64,000 nucleotides of DNA. It comes from Curvularia clavata (Eukaryota). Both the position numbers and the translations under genes were made by a program. Below are positions 27,570 to 39,551 of the stretch, piece after piece. Location of the stretch: contig CP089276.1 in assembly GCA_023920165.1 (NCBI GenBank), positions 3,844,001 to 3,908,000 of the forward strand, written 5' to 3'. Under the pieces are notes generated by a model. The model searched no databases and was not told the DNA's origin. It was given only the letters and a program-made list of their open reading frames with translations. Numbering within the stretch: the stretch's first letter is position 1; every line of letters starts with the position of its first letter.

Positions 27570-28070
27570 ATGTCTTTTGATCGAATGACTCCTCCGCCTC
27601 ATCAGAAACGCCCTAGGAAGCCGCATCTTGATACTCCCCAGCGTGCACGATTCTTTGAGGCTATAGATGCCCGTGGCCAGGCTACCAAGCGCAGCGTCTT
27701 TCGAGACTTCAACATCTCAGTCGCCACAGGCTACAAGCTCCTTCACGATCGCGACAAGTACGGAGCCCTCGCCGATAGTCGAGGCAAGTTGCGTCAAGCC
27801 AAACAAAGAGAATCTGGCTCTCGTGGCTCGGGCCGTCCTAAAAAGGTTTCCAATGCTGAGCAGCAGATTCGCACCCAGCAGACGCCTCACCAAACACGTG
27901 ATTCGTCCCACATGTCCCCTGTTCACGTCAAACACCCGTCACCTTCCCATCTGAGCCACGATTCGCACAGCGCCACCCCAAACGGACAAGCAAGATACCC
28001 ATCTTCTTCCCGCACGTGCGCTACAGAACTGGGACCCGTGCGCCCAGGAAACACGCAGCCCGCAGGCTAA
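27570..28070 (+). CDS. Tc1/mariner-transposase-like N-terminal HTH domain fused to a low-complexity tail
   Basis: LDTPQRARFF...VFRDFNISVATGYKLL...GRPKKVS resembles fungal Tc1 DNA-binding domains; no DDE domain follows. Confidence 0.5.
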   Translation: MSFDRMTPPPHQKRPRKPHLDTPQRARFFEAIDARGQATKRSVFRDFNISVATGYKLLHDRDKYGALADSRGKLRQAKQRESGSRGSGRPKKVSNAEQQIRTQQTPHQTRDSSHMSPVHVKHPSPSHLSHDSHSATPNGQARYPSSSRTCATELGPVRPGNTQPAG

Positions 28071-28434
28071 GCGCAGGGCGTTGACGCCTCGGCCATGACA
28101 TAGTGGCCTAACGGTGCAAGCGCAGCCAATGGCGTCCACACAAGCATTCTAAACGAGCTTCGCTTAGAGATTCGTGAAGACTCGAACACTGGAACACGGC
28201 CGATACGGTAGGTGGGGACTGTCTTTCTACTGGTAACACATAGGGGATAATTATGGCAAAGGCCTGGGCATGCCCCGAAGCGGCTTTTGCGCCGCGGAAC
28301 AGCTGCTCGATAATACACTACCGCATGGCTTAGACATCGTTCTAATCTGCTGCCTGGTGTCGCTTTTCTCGTTTTGCTCTCTTCTTACTCCTCCTCTTCT
28401 GGTTTCGTTGCTATCTTCGTCCACTTCGCCTACA

Positions 28435-29471
28435 ATGCGTTCCTACGCACAGCGAGGCCTTGTCGCCGCCCTCTTCCTTGCTACCCAGGCCGTCATTGTA
28501 TCTGCTGCCACAGATAGGCCCAAGGGAAACTTTCGCCAATGTCTTGAGGTATCGCCTGAATGCCCCGTCTACGCAACTCTATATGGCTACAGGCCCAACC
28601 TCGGTGCCAACGCCTTCCTCTGCGCGCTCTTCGCTCTCTGCTTTTTCGCTAGCATCGTCATCGGCGTCCTCAGCAAGACATGGACTTATACGCTCGCCCT
28701 AGGCATCGGTACTTTTCTCGAGGCCGCTGGATATGCTGGTCGCATCATCATGAACGGCAACCCATGGAGCGAATCTGGTTTCAAGTTGCAAATCTGCTGC
28801 CTGGTCCTCGGCCCTAGTTTCGTCGCTGCCGCCATCTACCTTACGCTGAAACACTTTGTCCTCTACTGCGGTCCACAACATTCAGTCATCAAGCCTCGTC
28901 TTTACCCGTGGATCTTCGTTGGCTGCGATTTCGGATCGATTGTACTCCAGGCCGTTGGTGGAGGTATGGCTGCTGCGGGCGGAACTACCAACAAGAAGCT
29001 CATTGACGGTGGCAACAACCTTATTGTAGCTGGTATTGCATTCCAGGTCGCTACAATGAGTGTATGCGGTGTCTTGATCCTGATCTATATTTTCCGATAC
29101 CGCAAGGCCCGCCAGCATCCTGATGTGATCAGCGAGAAGAGCGACTACCAAATGGACAAGGAAACTGGCGCAGTCTCCCTCGGAAAAGTCAAGTTGTTTG
29201 GTCTGGTTATTGTTTTGTCTTATGTCACTGTGCTTATCCGTTGCATTTACCGTTTGCCGGAGATGGCTGGTGGCTGGGGTAACGCACTAATGCGTAATGA
29301 ACGAGAGTTCCTTCTACTTGACGGAATGTAAGTCGCTTCGCCCTGATTTCTTCTCCCGCAGCCTCGATACTGACAATCAATAGGATGCTTGCTATTGCAT
29401 GCGCATTGCTTACTGCTTTCCACCCCGCGTACTTTTTCCCTCCATTTGCTGCTTTCCGCCGTAGCAAGTAA
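28435..29471 (+). CDS. RTA1-like multi-pass membrane protein; intron ~29328-29382
   Basis: YGYRPNLGAN, LEAAGYAGR, GPSFVAAAIY, DFGSIVLQAVGGG, IRCIYRLPEMAGGW, LLDGMM...HP. Confidence 0.9.
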
Positions 29472-30068
29472 TGGCCTGGACACCTTCACTTCAGATCTTT
29501 AGAATTATAGAATGCTGTCATCATCAGAATAGCCAACAGGAGCTCATCATTACAATATTCAGCAACATTTTTGTTTGAACTTTAGCATAGCGATACTAGG
29601 CAACAAACGGTCTTTTAGCATATTATACTACTTTTATTTCCGTGGTTGATTGCAAAGCAGCCATTCATGCACCACTCATGACCTTGCAAGTTCCGATCTG
29701 CAGATCATCTACCTTTCAATTCAAAGAGCGAATCTTGAGAGTACCCCAATGTCCCCTAATCTATACATGTTGTGGCAACAAGCAAACGAGCAGCCGTGTC
29801 AAACTAAGACACGTCCTGTGCACCAACACATGCTCGCACACGTGTCTAGCCAACGACAAACACACCTACATTAATCTTTGTCCCATCCGCATCAGCTTGA
29901 AACTGTTTTCCCACACCACCTCCCACTGAACAACCTCAAATCCATCTCAAATAGCCCAGAAGCGACAACAAAGAAGAATCCCCATGGAAACCCTCACTTA
30001 TTGTTGGAACTGAAATCCATAAACGCCTCATTTCAACACTATCCGCACGGCTAGATCACACTCAAGCT

Positions 30069-30500
30069 ATGCAGCTGTCCACGAAGACCAGTGTTCACGC
30101 ACCCACAACCGCATCTTCAGAAACAGCCCAAGCAACAACCATCTCAGCATTACTCGTAGCTATGGCAACACCAGAGGCCATACTCTCGGCACCAGTCTCC
30201 ACGGCATCACCCAGTGACGAGACATCACCAGCAGCAACTATGCTATCCCAACGCACCGTCTCCCTCTCTATAACCACATCAGCATTCCCACCATTCCCTC
30301 ATGTTCTCCTTACATTCCCATCTCCCTCTGTCGTACCCACATCGCAGCCCCAAACACAGCAAACCATGTCATCTCCAGGTATCAGTTCCGCGGCAACCAT
30401 AGGCTTAGGCGTGTTAACTGCTTTTCTAGCGTTCGCCGTGACGGCTGGTGTCTTGTACGCTGTATTTTACCGGAGTAGGAGGAGCTTTGCAAGAGTATAA
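30069..30500 (+). CDS. Small Ser/Thr-rich single-pass membrane protein
   Basis: S/T-rich region followed by hydrophobic segment IGLGVLTAFLAFAVTAGVLYAVF and a basic stop-transfer tail YRSRRS. Confidence 0.55.
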   Translation: MQLSTKTSVHAPTTASSETAQATTISALLVAMATPEAILSAPVSTASPSDETSPAATMLSQRTVSLSITTSAFPPFPHVLLTFPSPSVVPTSQPQTQQTMSSPGISSAATIGLGVLTAFLAFAVTAGVLYAVFYRSRRSFARV

Positions 30501-30723
30501 GACTCACCTTCATTCGTTAGGGAAGAAAACGAATGATACGAAGAGCAATGTAATCAGTGGAGTATTGAGAAAAAGGATTTCTTTTGCTGTTTGGACAAGA
30601 AAAGACACATGCATACTTGTGAAGAAAAGAATACAGACTGAACCAAACACTACCTTACAAGCGCTCAATGGAAACCAGTTAGCAAAGAGTAATAATAACA
30701 AAAGAAAAGCTCATCGCTGCACC

Positions 30724-33700
30724 CTACGTACTCGCAGCAGCAATCCCAGCACGCGTAACCTGCGGTCTTCCCGCCGCCACAATCTTGTCGTCCAAATCAA
30801 GCACTGAGAACCTCGGCCTGCGATACGTGTACCCTACAAACGCACCCCTTTTTCTAATCTCCATGACTGCATGACCAACCTCTGCATCGCGCAGCAGCTT
30901 GTCACGAGGCCGCTTCTTTTCGCGTCTGCGTTTGCGGATTCGATTCAGCGATGTGCAGAGGCCAGTGGGCGCCAAGGGGTCAAAAGCACTGGTTTTCTTG
31001 ACGCTGGGTTGCACAATGGGACAAAAGGGCGCCCGCTGTTCAGGCGCTGAAAAGACTTCGTAGCTTGAAGAATCGAGGTGGTCGGATGCGCTTATGATTT
31101 CGGCTTCGTCGTCAAAATACTTTGTGATTGGCTGGTCGCCATGCACGCGCGGCACAAAGGGCGGGCGTGTCATGTGTAAGATTGACCACTGGATGTTGCG
31201 GAAGAAGGGATGCGATTTTATGTCTTCGGCATCGTGGGGGAAGACGATGCTGCCGATGATTTTGGGGACGTGGCGATGGGTACGAACGCCGAGGAGTTTT
31301 TCACGGAGGACTAGGTCGTTCTCGCGGTATCGCTGGGCGGAGAGTCGGTCTTGTTTCTCGTCGAGAAGGCGGGTCATCAGGTCGATGGCGTTTCGTGACA
31401 CGGGTAGGAGAGGCACGCGGTCGATGTTTGGACGGGCGTAACGCTGGTCTAGTGGGAAGTGTAGCCATCTTTTGTGATCCTAAAGATGTTAGCTTCAGTT
31501 TTGGATAGAAAAGGGTTCTACCTACCAGTATTCGCGCCTTGGTTGCTTGCCTGTTGTCGCTGAAGAATGGCGTGTAACCGTAGAGGCACTGGACGTATTA
31601 GAAAGATTGTCGTCTTTACTTCACAACCGCATACCTCGTATAGTATGATACCAATGCTCCACCAGTCGCAACGCCCATCGTAGCTTTCTCCTCTGATGAC
31701 CTCCGGAGCCATGTACTGACTAGTACCCACAATGCTCTTCGCGAACTGGCGCCTTTGTTCACGATTCAGCCAGTCGATGATGGGTCCATTCGCGGGATCT
31801 TGCCTAGTTTGGTAGCGGCTGCGAGACATGGCATTACCATGGGCGTGACCCATCGTTTGGCGGGCATCCTGTCGACTTCTCTCCTCTTCCATGTCCTGTA
31901 TGTCGCCTTGCACCTGCAAATCCAAGTCGCGAAGTAGACTATACCGCTGTTCATTGTAGTATGCTTGGTTGTGGGTCCAGTGACCGTCGAAAGCAAGACC
32001 AAAATCGGAAATCTTAAGGTGGCCAGACGCAGTGATCAGAAAGTTGTCCGGCTTGACGTCGCGGTGAATCCACTTCATCTTGTGTGCTTCTTCGATGCAA
32101 AGAATCATCTCCGCCAGATACCACTTGGCCACGTTCTCATCGAGAATGTCCTCACGTAAGAGCAAGCCCAGGAAATCCCCACCCATCATGTATTCCATGA
32201 CGAGATATAGGTTGTTGCTGTCTTGAAAGGCAGAAATCAGAGGTACGACCCAACGAGAGTTTTCGGAGGCGACCAAGAAATCTCTCTCTGCTCGCAAGTG
32301 TCCCTCTTGACTGTTGCGAAGCATATCTGACTTCCTGATAACCTTCATGGCAAATACTTGCTTGGGTATGTGATTAGACGTGCAGGGACTTTCGTGTCTT
32401 GGATTCAGGGAGCCATCGAGATATCTCGCACTGCAGCAGCTTCCGCGAAGAGTCTCGCAATTTTCGCTTTTCTCACGAACAAGTCTGACGACGCCAAAGC
32501 TGCCTTTGCCTAGTACCCGGATTATATCATAACTTGAGACATGTACGCCCTTCATCTTCTGCCGAGCTAGGCTGTTCGACTTCATGACTCGTACTTGGCG
32601 TAGGTGATTGGTTTCCGCAAGATACTATTCTCGTCTCTTATTGTGCCGTTGCTCCTCAGATGTTGTTATGGTGAGAAGTTTACGCTCCATTTGCCGGCGT
32701 CGCATAGACCTTGGTGTGGTCTTGGTAGAGAGAAGCTCATTGAAATGCGACTCGAAGAAGACCTTTACAGCCACTGCTTTTTCGATTGTTTGAATCGAGG
32801 GCTCGCACACACGCGGTGCATCTTGACGAGGGAATGCCAGAAACCGCGTAGGCAAATTGTCAGCGATAGGTTCACAAAGAGGAGATGGCGAGTTGTCAGT
32901 CACAAAACGGCCATTGTGGTTACGAAGCGTTGTCTCAGCTGATCGTACTCCACCCGAAGAAACCAGCGACGTGGGTGCGGTAGACTGGCTTAGCGGACCC
33001 ACACTGCTACTTGGGCTGAATATGCTTGACGGCAGAGATGGCACTTCAGACATGGGTATTTTTGGTGGGGGTGTGGTATGTTGTTCATCGTTCTGCTGAT
33101 TGAAGTGACTGAAATCAACAGTAGGCCGGGCACTCAGTCTAGGCCGATGGACCACTGTTTCGTTGTTCAGTATGGCATTCGAAAGCGATGTGGTCAGCTG
33201 CCTAGATAGACCCGGGGTTGATCTGCTCGAGGTTACAGGCGTATGATTTGGCGTGCGAGCTCTAAACGTCGGTTCGGATTCGCCATCGAAGGTGGCGGCG
33301 TTGGTAAGCTGAAGAAGGGATGAGTTGTCACGATCTAAGGTGAGGGGCAGTAGATTCATAGGGGTGTTGGTAAGAGGAACATTTGAAGGCGAGTCGGAAT
33401 AGGGTTTGTCGACCATCTCATAGGTCGACTTGCTTGGTTTGTTTGCTGAGCCTGTACTGCCGAATCCAGCCTCTGTAGAGCTTGGGGAGGAGCCTGATGG
33501 TAGAGTTAAAGCTGGTGGATCAACAAACGAGACATGTAATGCGCGTACTCTTGCCATTACAGAAAATAGAAAAGAGTTTCAGGCTTCCACGACGCAAGCT
33601 CGTAAATTTGCGGCTGGCAGGGGTATTGTTACGAGCATGCCGGGTATTTGTGGCGGCGACGGGTGGAGCTTCTGTAGAACGCTCAACGATACGAACTTTG

Positions 33701-33771
33701 CCCTTATCATGCGCTTCCTGACCAGGGTTATGGGCATCTTTTCGTTTCCGTGGTGGGACAAATGAAATCAT
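30724..33771 (-). CDS. NDR/Cbk1-family AGC kinase carrying one in-frame TAG at 32625-32627 (edited site or nonsense allele); 3 introns
   Basis: GKGSFGVV, FAMKVIRK, HLRAERDFL, HRDVKPDN, DFGLA, VGTSQYMAPE, CDWWSIG, AFVGYTY; exon 1 MISFVPPR... splices in frame to ORF 32625-33557, which is in the same frame as ORF 31518-32585. Confidence 0.85.
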
Positions 33772-34858
33772 GTCACCAATGCTGACGTGTTGATGGTACC
33801 TGGTGTTAAGAATGGGATGAAGTAACGGTGCTGGGCAAACCAAGCCAAGTCCACCAAGGAGAGCAGATGGAGCAGTGCAAGGAGACATAAACACTATCCT
33901 GGGTCTACATGCCAGAGTAAGAAAGTATGGTCGGCGCTACCAACAGAAAGTACTACGAGATAGTGGAAAGTAGCGTCGACCTGCATGTTATTACCGGAAG
34001 CTCGAGAACGCGGAAATAGGAAATCGAGATCAACAAGATTTTCAGTACCGAAGCCGAGTCACTGGGTGCTTAAAACAATACGAGGAGTGCGAGAACAGCT
34101 ACAACCCAACGAAGTGTATGACAAACATTGCTTGAACTGAAAGAGTAATCCGTTTCGCTCACCAATCGTAAGATGATGCCAGAAACATATCTCACCATGA
34201 CTTCAGAAAAAAGAAATAAATAGCCACCAAGATATGCATGCTCAGCGATAGCGTCTGTACTGTCCTCCTGCGATCGGAGTGCCAGCATATCTCGTGACAT
34301 ATACTGGGTTTCAAATGGCCGCATGATCAGAAGGCTCGCTGTGATTCGGCAGAGCGGAAACACCTCTCCGAGGAGTTGGCCGGATGTCATGTTGACCGCT
34401 TTGTTCCTCTCTCTTCGCTCTTCGCCATCTCTGCTGCTGCTTTTGTATTCAAGACGCCCATCCTGCCAAAGCTCGGATAACTCAAGTTATTGCATCCTCC
34501 CTGTTCTGCCCCGCCTCGCTCGGCTGTGGCGCCTTATCCGTTATCGCCTATCGCTTATCGCGACGTCTAAACCTCCGGCTCCTCCAGCATCACGTCACCA
34601 GCCTTCCCCGCAACCACATTCATAGCCGTGTCGGCTGCTCCGGTCAAATACCCAGAAGGGCTTTCGCCACGTGTGTCTCATCTTGACGCGACGGTTACAA
34701 GGCTAGCAAAAAGAACGTTGCATCAGTGTGAATTCATCTAGCAACCGCGAAGTCACAGCGCTCGTTAAGGCCATCGTCGATAGTCTCGACAATCTGATAC
34801 TGCCCAAGGCACTCAACACGACTTATACTGACTGACTTCACATTCCCAACAGCACATC

Positions 34859-35554
34859 ATGCCAAACTCACCAACAACCCCGTTTCCCCTTTACTTGTTT
34901 CCGAGCCTCACGTTTCGCCGACGCAGCAGCTCAGCGTTCAGCGATACCACCAACTCATCGGCATCGCCGTCTTCGTCTCCCCCAAAACCAACCTCCTTTC
35001 TAGTCACGCGACCGACCTCACATCTTCGTTGCCAGAAATGCCTCGCCGATCTTATTCCTACAACTTCAATCATAAGTAAAGGATTCACTGGCAGGCACGG
35101 TCGTGCATATCTCGTCAGCCCACCGTCCGGCTTTCTTCAGGGCGGAAGCTTTTCGGGAACAGGCTTCAAGAATGGCGACTTGCCCAACACCCTTTTACAC
35201 AAACCCCAATCCCGACAACTCGTCACAGGTGAACACACTGTATCTGACATAAGCTGTCGCAATTGCGGAACTGTCCTGGGGTGGAAGTATGTCGATGCCG
35301 CAGAGGACAGCCAAAAGTACAAGATCGGAAAGTTTATACTTGAGGCAAAAAGGACTGTGAAAGGAACGGAGTGGGATCAAGACCTGGAAGAAGAGGATAA
35401 TGGTATGGTCGCGAATACCGAAAAGGACAATATCGAGTTTGATTCCCAAGACGAAGATGAATGCGAGGACCTCTTCAGTGGCATCTGGACTCCTCAACTA
35501 GCAGCAAAAAGAAGGAAGCGTCGCGCATACCCTCATGTTGATCTCTCAACTTAG
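34859..35554 (+). CDS. Yippee/Mis18-family zinc-binding protein
   Basis: CQKC, IISKGFTGRHGRAYL, RQLVTGEHTVSDISCRNCGTVLGWKY, SQKYKIGKFILE. Confidence 0.92.
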   Translation: MPNSPTTPFPLYLFPSLTFRRRSSSAFSDTTNSSASPSSSPPKPTSFLVTRPTSHLRCQKCLADLIPTTSIISKGFTGRHGRAYLVSPPSGFLQGGSFSGTGFKNGDLPNTLLHKPQSRQLVTGEHTVSDISCRNCGTVLGWKYVDAAEDSQKYKIGKFILEAKRTVKGTEWDQDLEEEDNGMVANTEKDNIEFDSQDEDECEDLFSGIWTPQLAAKRRKRRAYPHVDLST

Positions 35555-35890
35555 GCATTCTACGTCCTACCAAAGTCTTGGTACGTACCCTTGGACTTCC
35601 CAGGTACCTTCTCGCAACTGCCATGCCTGCAATATCACGGAATAGCTTGCCCATCACGACACACATATACCTCATCACAGATACCCATATAACCGCACTT
35701 TACGACTCATGATACCCGGAATGGCTCTATGTTTTGGCGCAATGGTTTGTTTTACTTAAATAATGAGTCATGTATCTAACGTACTTTATGCTGGAATGTA
35801 ATGCTGTCTTTAATACCTCACTGACTACCTTGGGATGACCTGGAGGTTCTTTCTTATGCATATCGTTTCAATGCTACAGCTATGGGACTG

Positions 35891-35908
35891 AAGTTTCGCC
35901 GCGCTAGC
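35891..35908 (+). repeat. Left copy of an 18-bp perfect inverted repeat (partner at 41583-41600)
   Basis: AAGTTTCGCCGCGCTAGC is the exact reverse complement of GCTAGCGCGGCGAAACTT at 41583. Confidence 0.85.
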
Positions 35909-35909
35909 C

Positions 35910-36716
35910 CAGTCACCCCACTTACCGCCCACCACCACCACCACCACTTCGAACGTCTCCCACTACCCCAGTACTGCACCAATTCGGTCGCCAAGTGTCT
36001 AAAAAGATGGCCAGAGGTTGAAACATAACCATAGACGAGCGAAATCGCACTATTAGTATATTATAGACGGGTGCAGCTTACACAGAAGTCGCGGTAGTAT
36101 TTTACCACGATGCCACTACTATCCAACGCCTCCACTAAACGTATAACACTACCCACACTACTTATAATAGACCTCGCTCTAGCCATCTAAAGCTATTTTT
36201 AGACTATTAGAAGAAGATTATACGACGTGCTACACGCTAATCTGTGTAAATTATAATATAATTATGTTATGGGCTGAACCCGTACAGAGAACTGTAAGGA
36301 ACCAAAAGTTATTGTATTGCTTAGTATCTACACTTCTTCGGGTTGGGCACTTATAGTATTCTACACGTGATCTTTCCTTCCCTAAGCTCTATAGGGTAGG
36401 CGTAGTCTAACCCATAACATCAACTAGTATTAAAGCGTAGACAGGATAAAAAAAAGCGAATTTAGAAGTAAGAAGTACTTATCAAGGGATATAGCGAGGA
36501 TATTATAGTTTAACATAACACTAATAAGCAAATTGCTCATAAAGAGCGTTAGGGAGGAGAGCGATTAGGTGTTAGCCGCATGGCTCTTACGCGTTATAGC
36601 AGGTGTAGAGAGACTAGTTATTGTTATAATGTAGTAGAGCTGTATACTTGTAGAGGTGCGCAAAGTTAGTAGAGTAACCAACTCGCTTGTATGACCGACT
36701 CACTCATAAACTACGT
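35910..36716 (+). mobile_element. Internally deleted, RIP-mutated pogo/Fot1-like DNA transposon
   Basis: Stop-riddled remnant ...QIAHKER*GGERLGVSRMALTRYSRCRETS resembling the pogo C-terminal zinc knuckle; right end ...actcgcttgtatgaccgactcactcataaactacgt resembles Fot1-type TIRs. Confidence 0.7.
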
Positions 36717-36719
36717 TGA

Positions 36720-38640
36720 TCATCTTATCTAAATCTACTTTATCTACTTCAAAAAGACATACTAACACAATACGCATAGCCTGCATATATCTCACTGCAG
36801 TCCCCATTGAGTGCTGGATTCTATTTGTATAGCTGATCAAGGGTAATACCGTTCGCCACCGCTATGTCGTAGCAATACTGCTATCCTGACTGCACCGCGT
36901 ACTCGTTGCATCGGGTCACTATTTCCAGCTACGTTTACGCGGGCGGCGCCTCGCTTAACGTTTTAGACAAACTAGGTACTATTGTCGGCAACAGCATAGC
37001 AGGGAGAGTAGAAGCATTCTCGTCTTCGCCTGTAGTGCTGTTGGAGACGCAAAAGGTTAGCTTTTACTCTAATACTGGGACGGACTTCCAATCCTGTCAT
37101 TATTGGAAAACTTATCGTCTTTTGCGGGTACGCAATATGTGTAACGCGGCAGGAGAGCACAGCTTGCGGCCTCCAGGCTCTTGTTCTACTCTAGAAGTTG
37201 AGCAACTGTTACCTCGTCAAATCTCGCTACGTTCGCGCATGAGTTCACTATCTTGTCTATGGCCGCATCTCCAGTCGAGGAATAGTTCGCATACTTTGAG
37301 AAATTCGTCCGAGAGCCTGATGCAGTAGGCGATGAGGCTTGAGTAGTGAAAAACCAAGTTCTTGTGGGCCTAGTAGTGCTCGCTTTTGTATGCCGCGTTA
37401 AAGTAGCATCGGCCTCCAGGAAGGAAACGGTAGAGAGCGTGGAAGCATCTTGATAATATGTCGATGCTGGAAAGAGCACGTCATGAGCTGCTGTCGTACT
37501 GGGGTCTGCACTATTGTAACTGGCGTACGCGGTAATATAGCCTACTGCTCTTATATAGTACGCTATATTGACTTAGAGATTGAAGCATCTAGTATCTAAA
37601 ATCAGATTGAGAAAATAAATTCTTTGGAAGAGATGCTGTACTACCCACTGATGGTACTGTAGATGTCGCCTGATATGGCGGTGTACCAAAGCCCGCACTT
37701 GGGGTTCGAGCCAGTAGTAGCGTTTGTGGGAACAGACACCGCTGTCTCAACGGGAGCGGCTGTATGTGTAGTAGCTGGAGGAGCTACACTAGCGAGTATA
37801 GACTGAAGGCCGATATAGATCTGATTTCTGGCCATTCCTCCCAGGTTGGAACACGCGTTGTTGATGTTGAGGTTCTAAGACCTTGACTGCCTTGACAAAT
37901 AGTCCGGAACATACTGAGCAATGATACTTAGACAAGTATCATCTCCCCGAACATTATAAATGGGGTATGGCGACAGTAAACAGACTGACTTTCCTTCTTA
38001 TGGGAAATTAGTGCATCCGACTGCGAGGTTGTTCCAGCATAGGAGGCCAAAGGTAGACATGTTGTGTGCCTGAGCAATAGATTGACATGTATAACCTGCA
38101 AGAACTTGATACCTGTCTGGACAGTCCTTCGATTGTCGGTTTGGAACTGCTGACGCTGTTGAAGAGGTGGTCGTGGGCAGAGTATATGGCTGAGGTGTAA
38201 TGACTGCGTATGTCTGCTTCCCGTAACCTGAGGCACTAGATGAAAGTGCGGCTGCCGCATCCTCATTATATGTAAGCGGAGAAGAGAGCTCAGCCTGCGT
38301 GACTCCGAACATGTAATCTGAACACTGTTGTTCCGTTGTTAAATTGGTCGAGTTTTCCGTTGCCCAGTTTCGCAGGACAGCATGGCAAAAGGCGCCACTT
38401 GTTCTTTTGCTACGTTCTAATTAGCAATGCTATACTCACAGTACGTCTTGCAATTATTTTTACTTACGCGTCTTTCCTACGTGTCGCTGTATAAGACCAC
38501 AGCAGATAGTTAACAACATATGTAGCTGGATAGCTGACTGACCCATCAGATACAACATCTGTTTCAGCCGTACATGCTTTGGCAATGCCCTATCGCGCCC
38601 CTCGTAGGGAGTTCGAGTAGCTAGTAGTACAGAGACAATT
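36720..38640 (-). pseudogene. Multi-LysM-domain (effector-like) pseudogene
   Basis: Fragments YQVLAGYTCQSIAQAHNMSTFGLLCWNNL, NPKCGLWYTAISGD and CSEIYAGYAYCV, broken by several TAA/TAG stops. Confidence 0.75.
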
Positions 38641-38649
38641 AGTATCCAA

Positions 38650-38807
38650 AGAATATCTCTTATTAGGAGATATACATAGTCTAGGGATTGGTTTCTACCT
38701 AGTGATATAATATAGTCTAGGGACTAGTTCTTGTCTAGGGACAGCTACATACCTAGAGAACGTGGTTTGTCTGGAGACTTCGGGATGTCTCCGGACTGGT
38801 CGTAACA
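38650..38807 (-). mobile_element. Truncated LTR fragment
   Basis: Minus strand begins TGTTACGACC..., a typical LTR start, followed by degenerate GTCTAGGGA repeats with TA enrichment; abuts the 5' part of the LysM pseudogene. Confidence 0.5.
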
Positions 38808-39551
38808 CCTACTCACCAGTGATTAGTATTCTGATATTGGCGCCAAGCCTACTAAATAGAAGCTCCTTTCTGTCATTAAATCAAATAACTTGTTATTGGT
38901 AGGCCCGTTAAATTTTGCCCGTCCGCGCGCGTTTGATCGTCTAGTACGTTATGCTAGCAGCGAGGTGGCACAACGGGTTTTCCACATGTTTTCGTCCACA
39001 GCATCTGCCAACCGAGGAAGTTTAGTAATCCGGGCCGTAAAAACGCAAGTCTACAATTTAATCCTCCACGATAAGACAACGCGCCGCGTAAGCAACTGCG
39101 TTAATTCTAAAGTGCTAGTATCAAACTAAGCTGCTTTTCGCCAATAGAAACGACAAATTGAGGGCTATTAAATTCTATCGAATGAAACCTGCGAGTTTTG
39201 GTAGGAGACGCTAAACCAATACGGGCCGATGACTTCAAAAGCTTGCATGATCCTAGTTTTGGACGAGAGTAGGGGTTGCTGTCATGATTACGCCTCACCT
39301 GAACCACAGGGTTGAGCGATGCCAATCAGTCATAGGCATTACTAGTGTACCCACTCACATCAAACAATTTTAGTTATCGCCTGTGCTGTACTATAGTGCC
39401 TGGGTGTGTTAGGGGTATCCCAATATCTAGCTGGTTTGAGCGAAACGTGCATTATTATATATAAGGGTCTGGAGACTGCACAACCTTTTCAGAGTCTAAT
39501 CGCTGTATTCTACCTTATTCAAGAGTCGACAACTATTACAGGAGAACCAAG

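Noticed and set aside
32593..32685. A short intron removing the kinase TAG
   Set aside because: The available GT-AG pairs cause frameshifts, and those starting at the stop would also delete the conserved ETNHLRQVR motif
5379..35554. Co-location of many signalling genes (ROM2, PKA, SSK1, haspin, NDR kinase) as a functional cluster
   Set aside because: Interspersed with unrelated housekeeping genes and no shared regulatory signal seen; probably ordinary synteny
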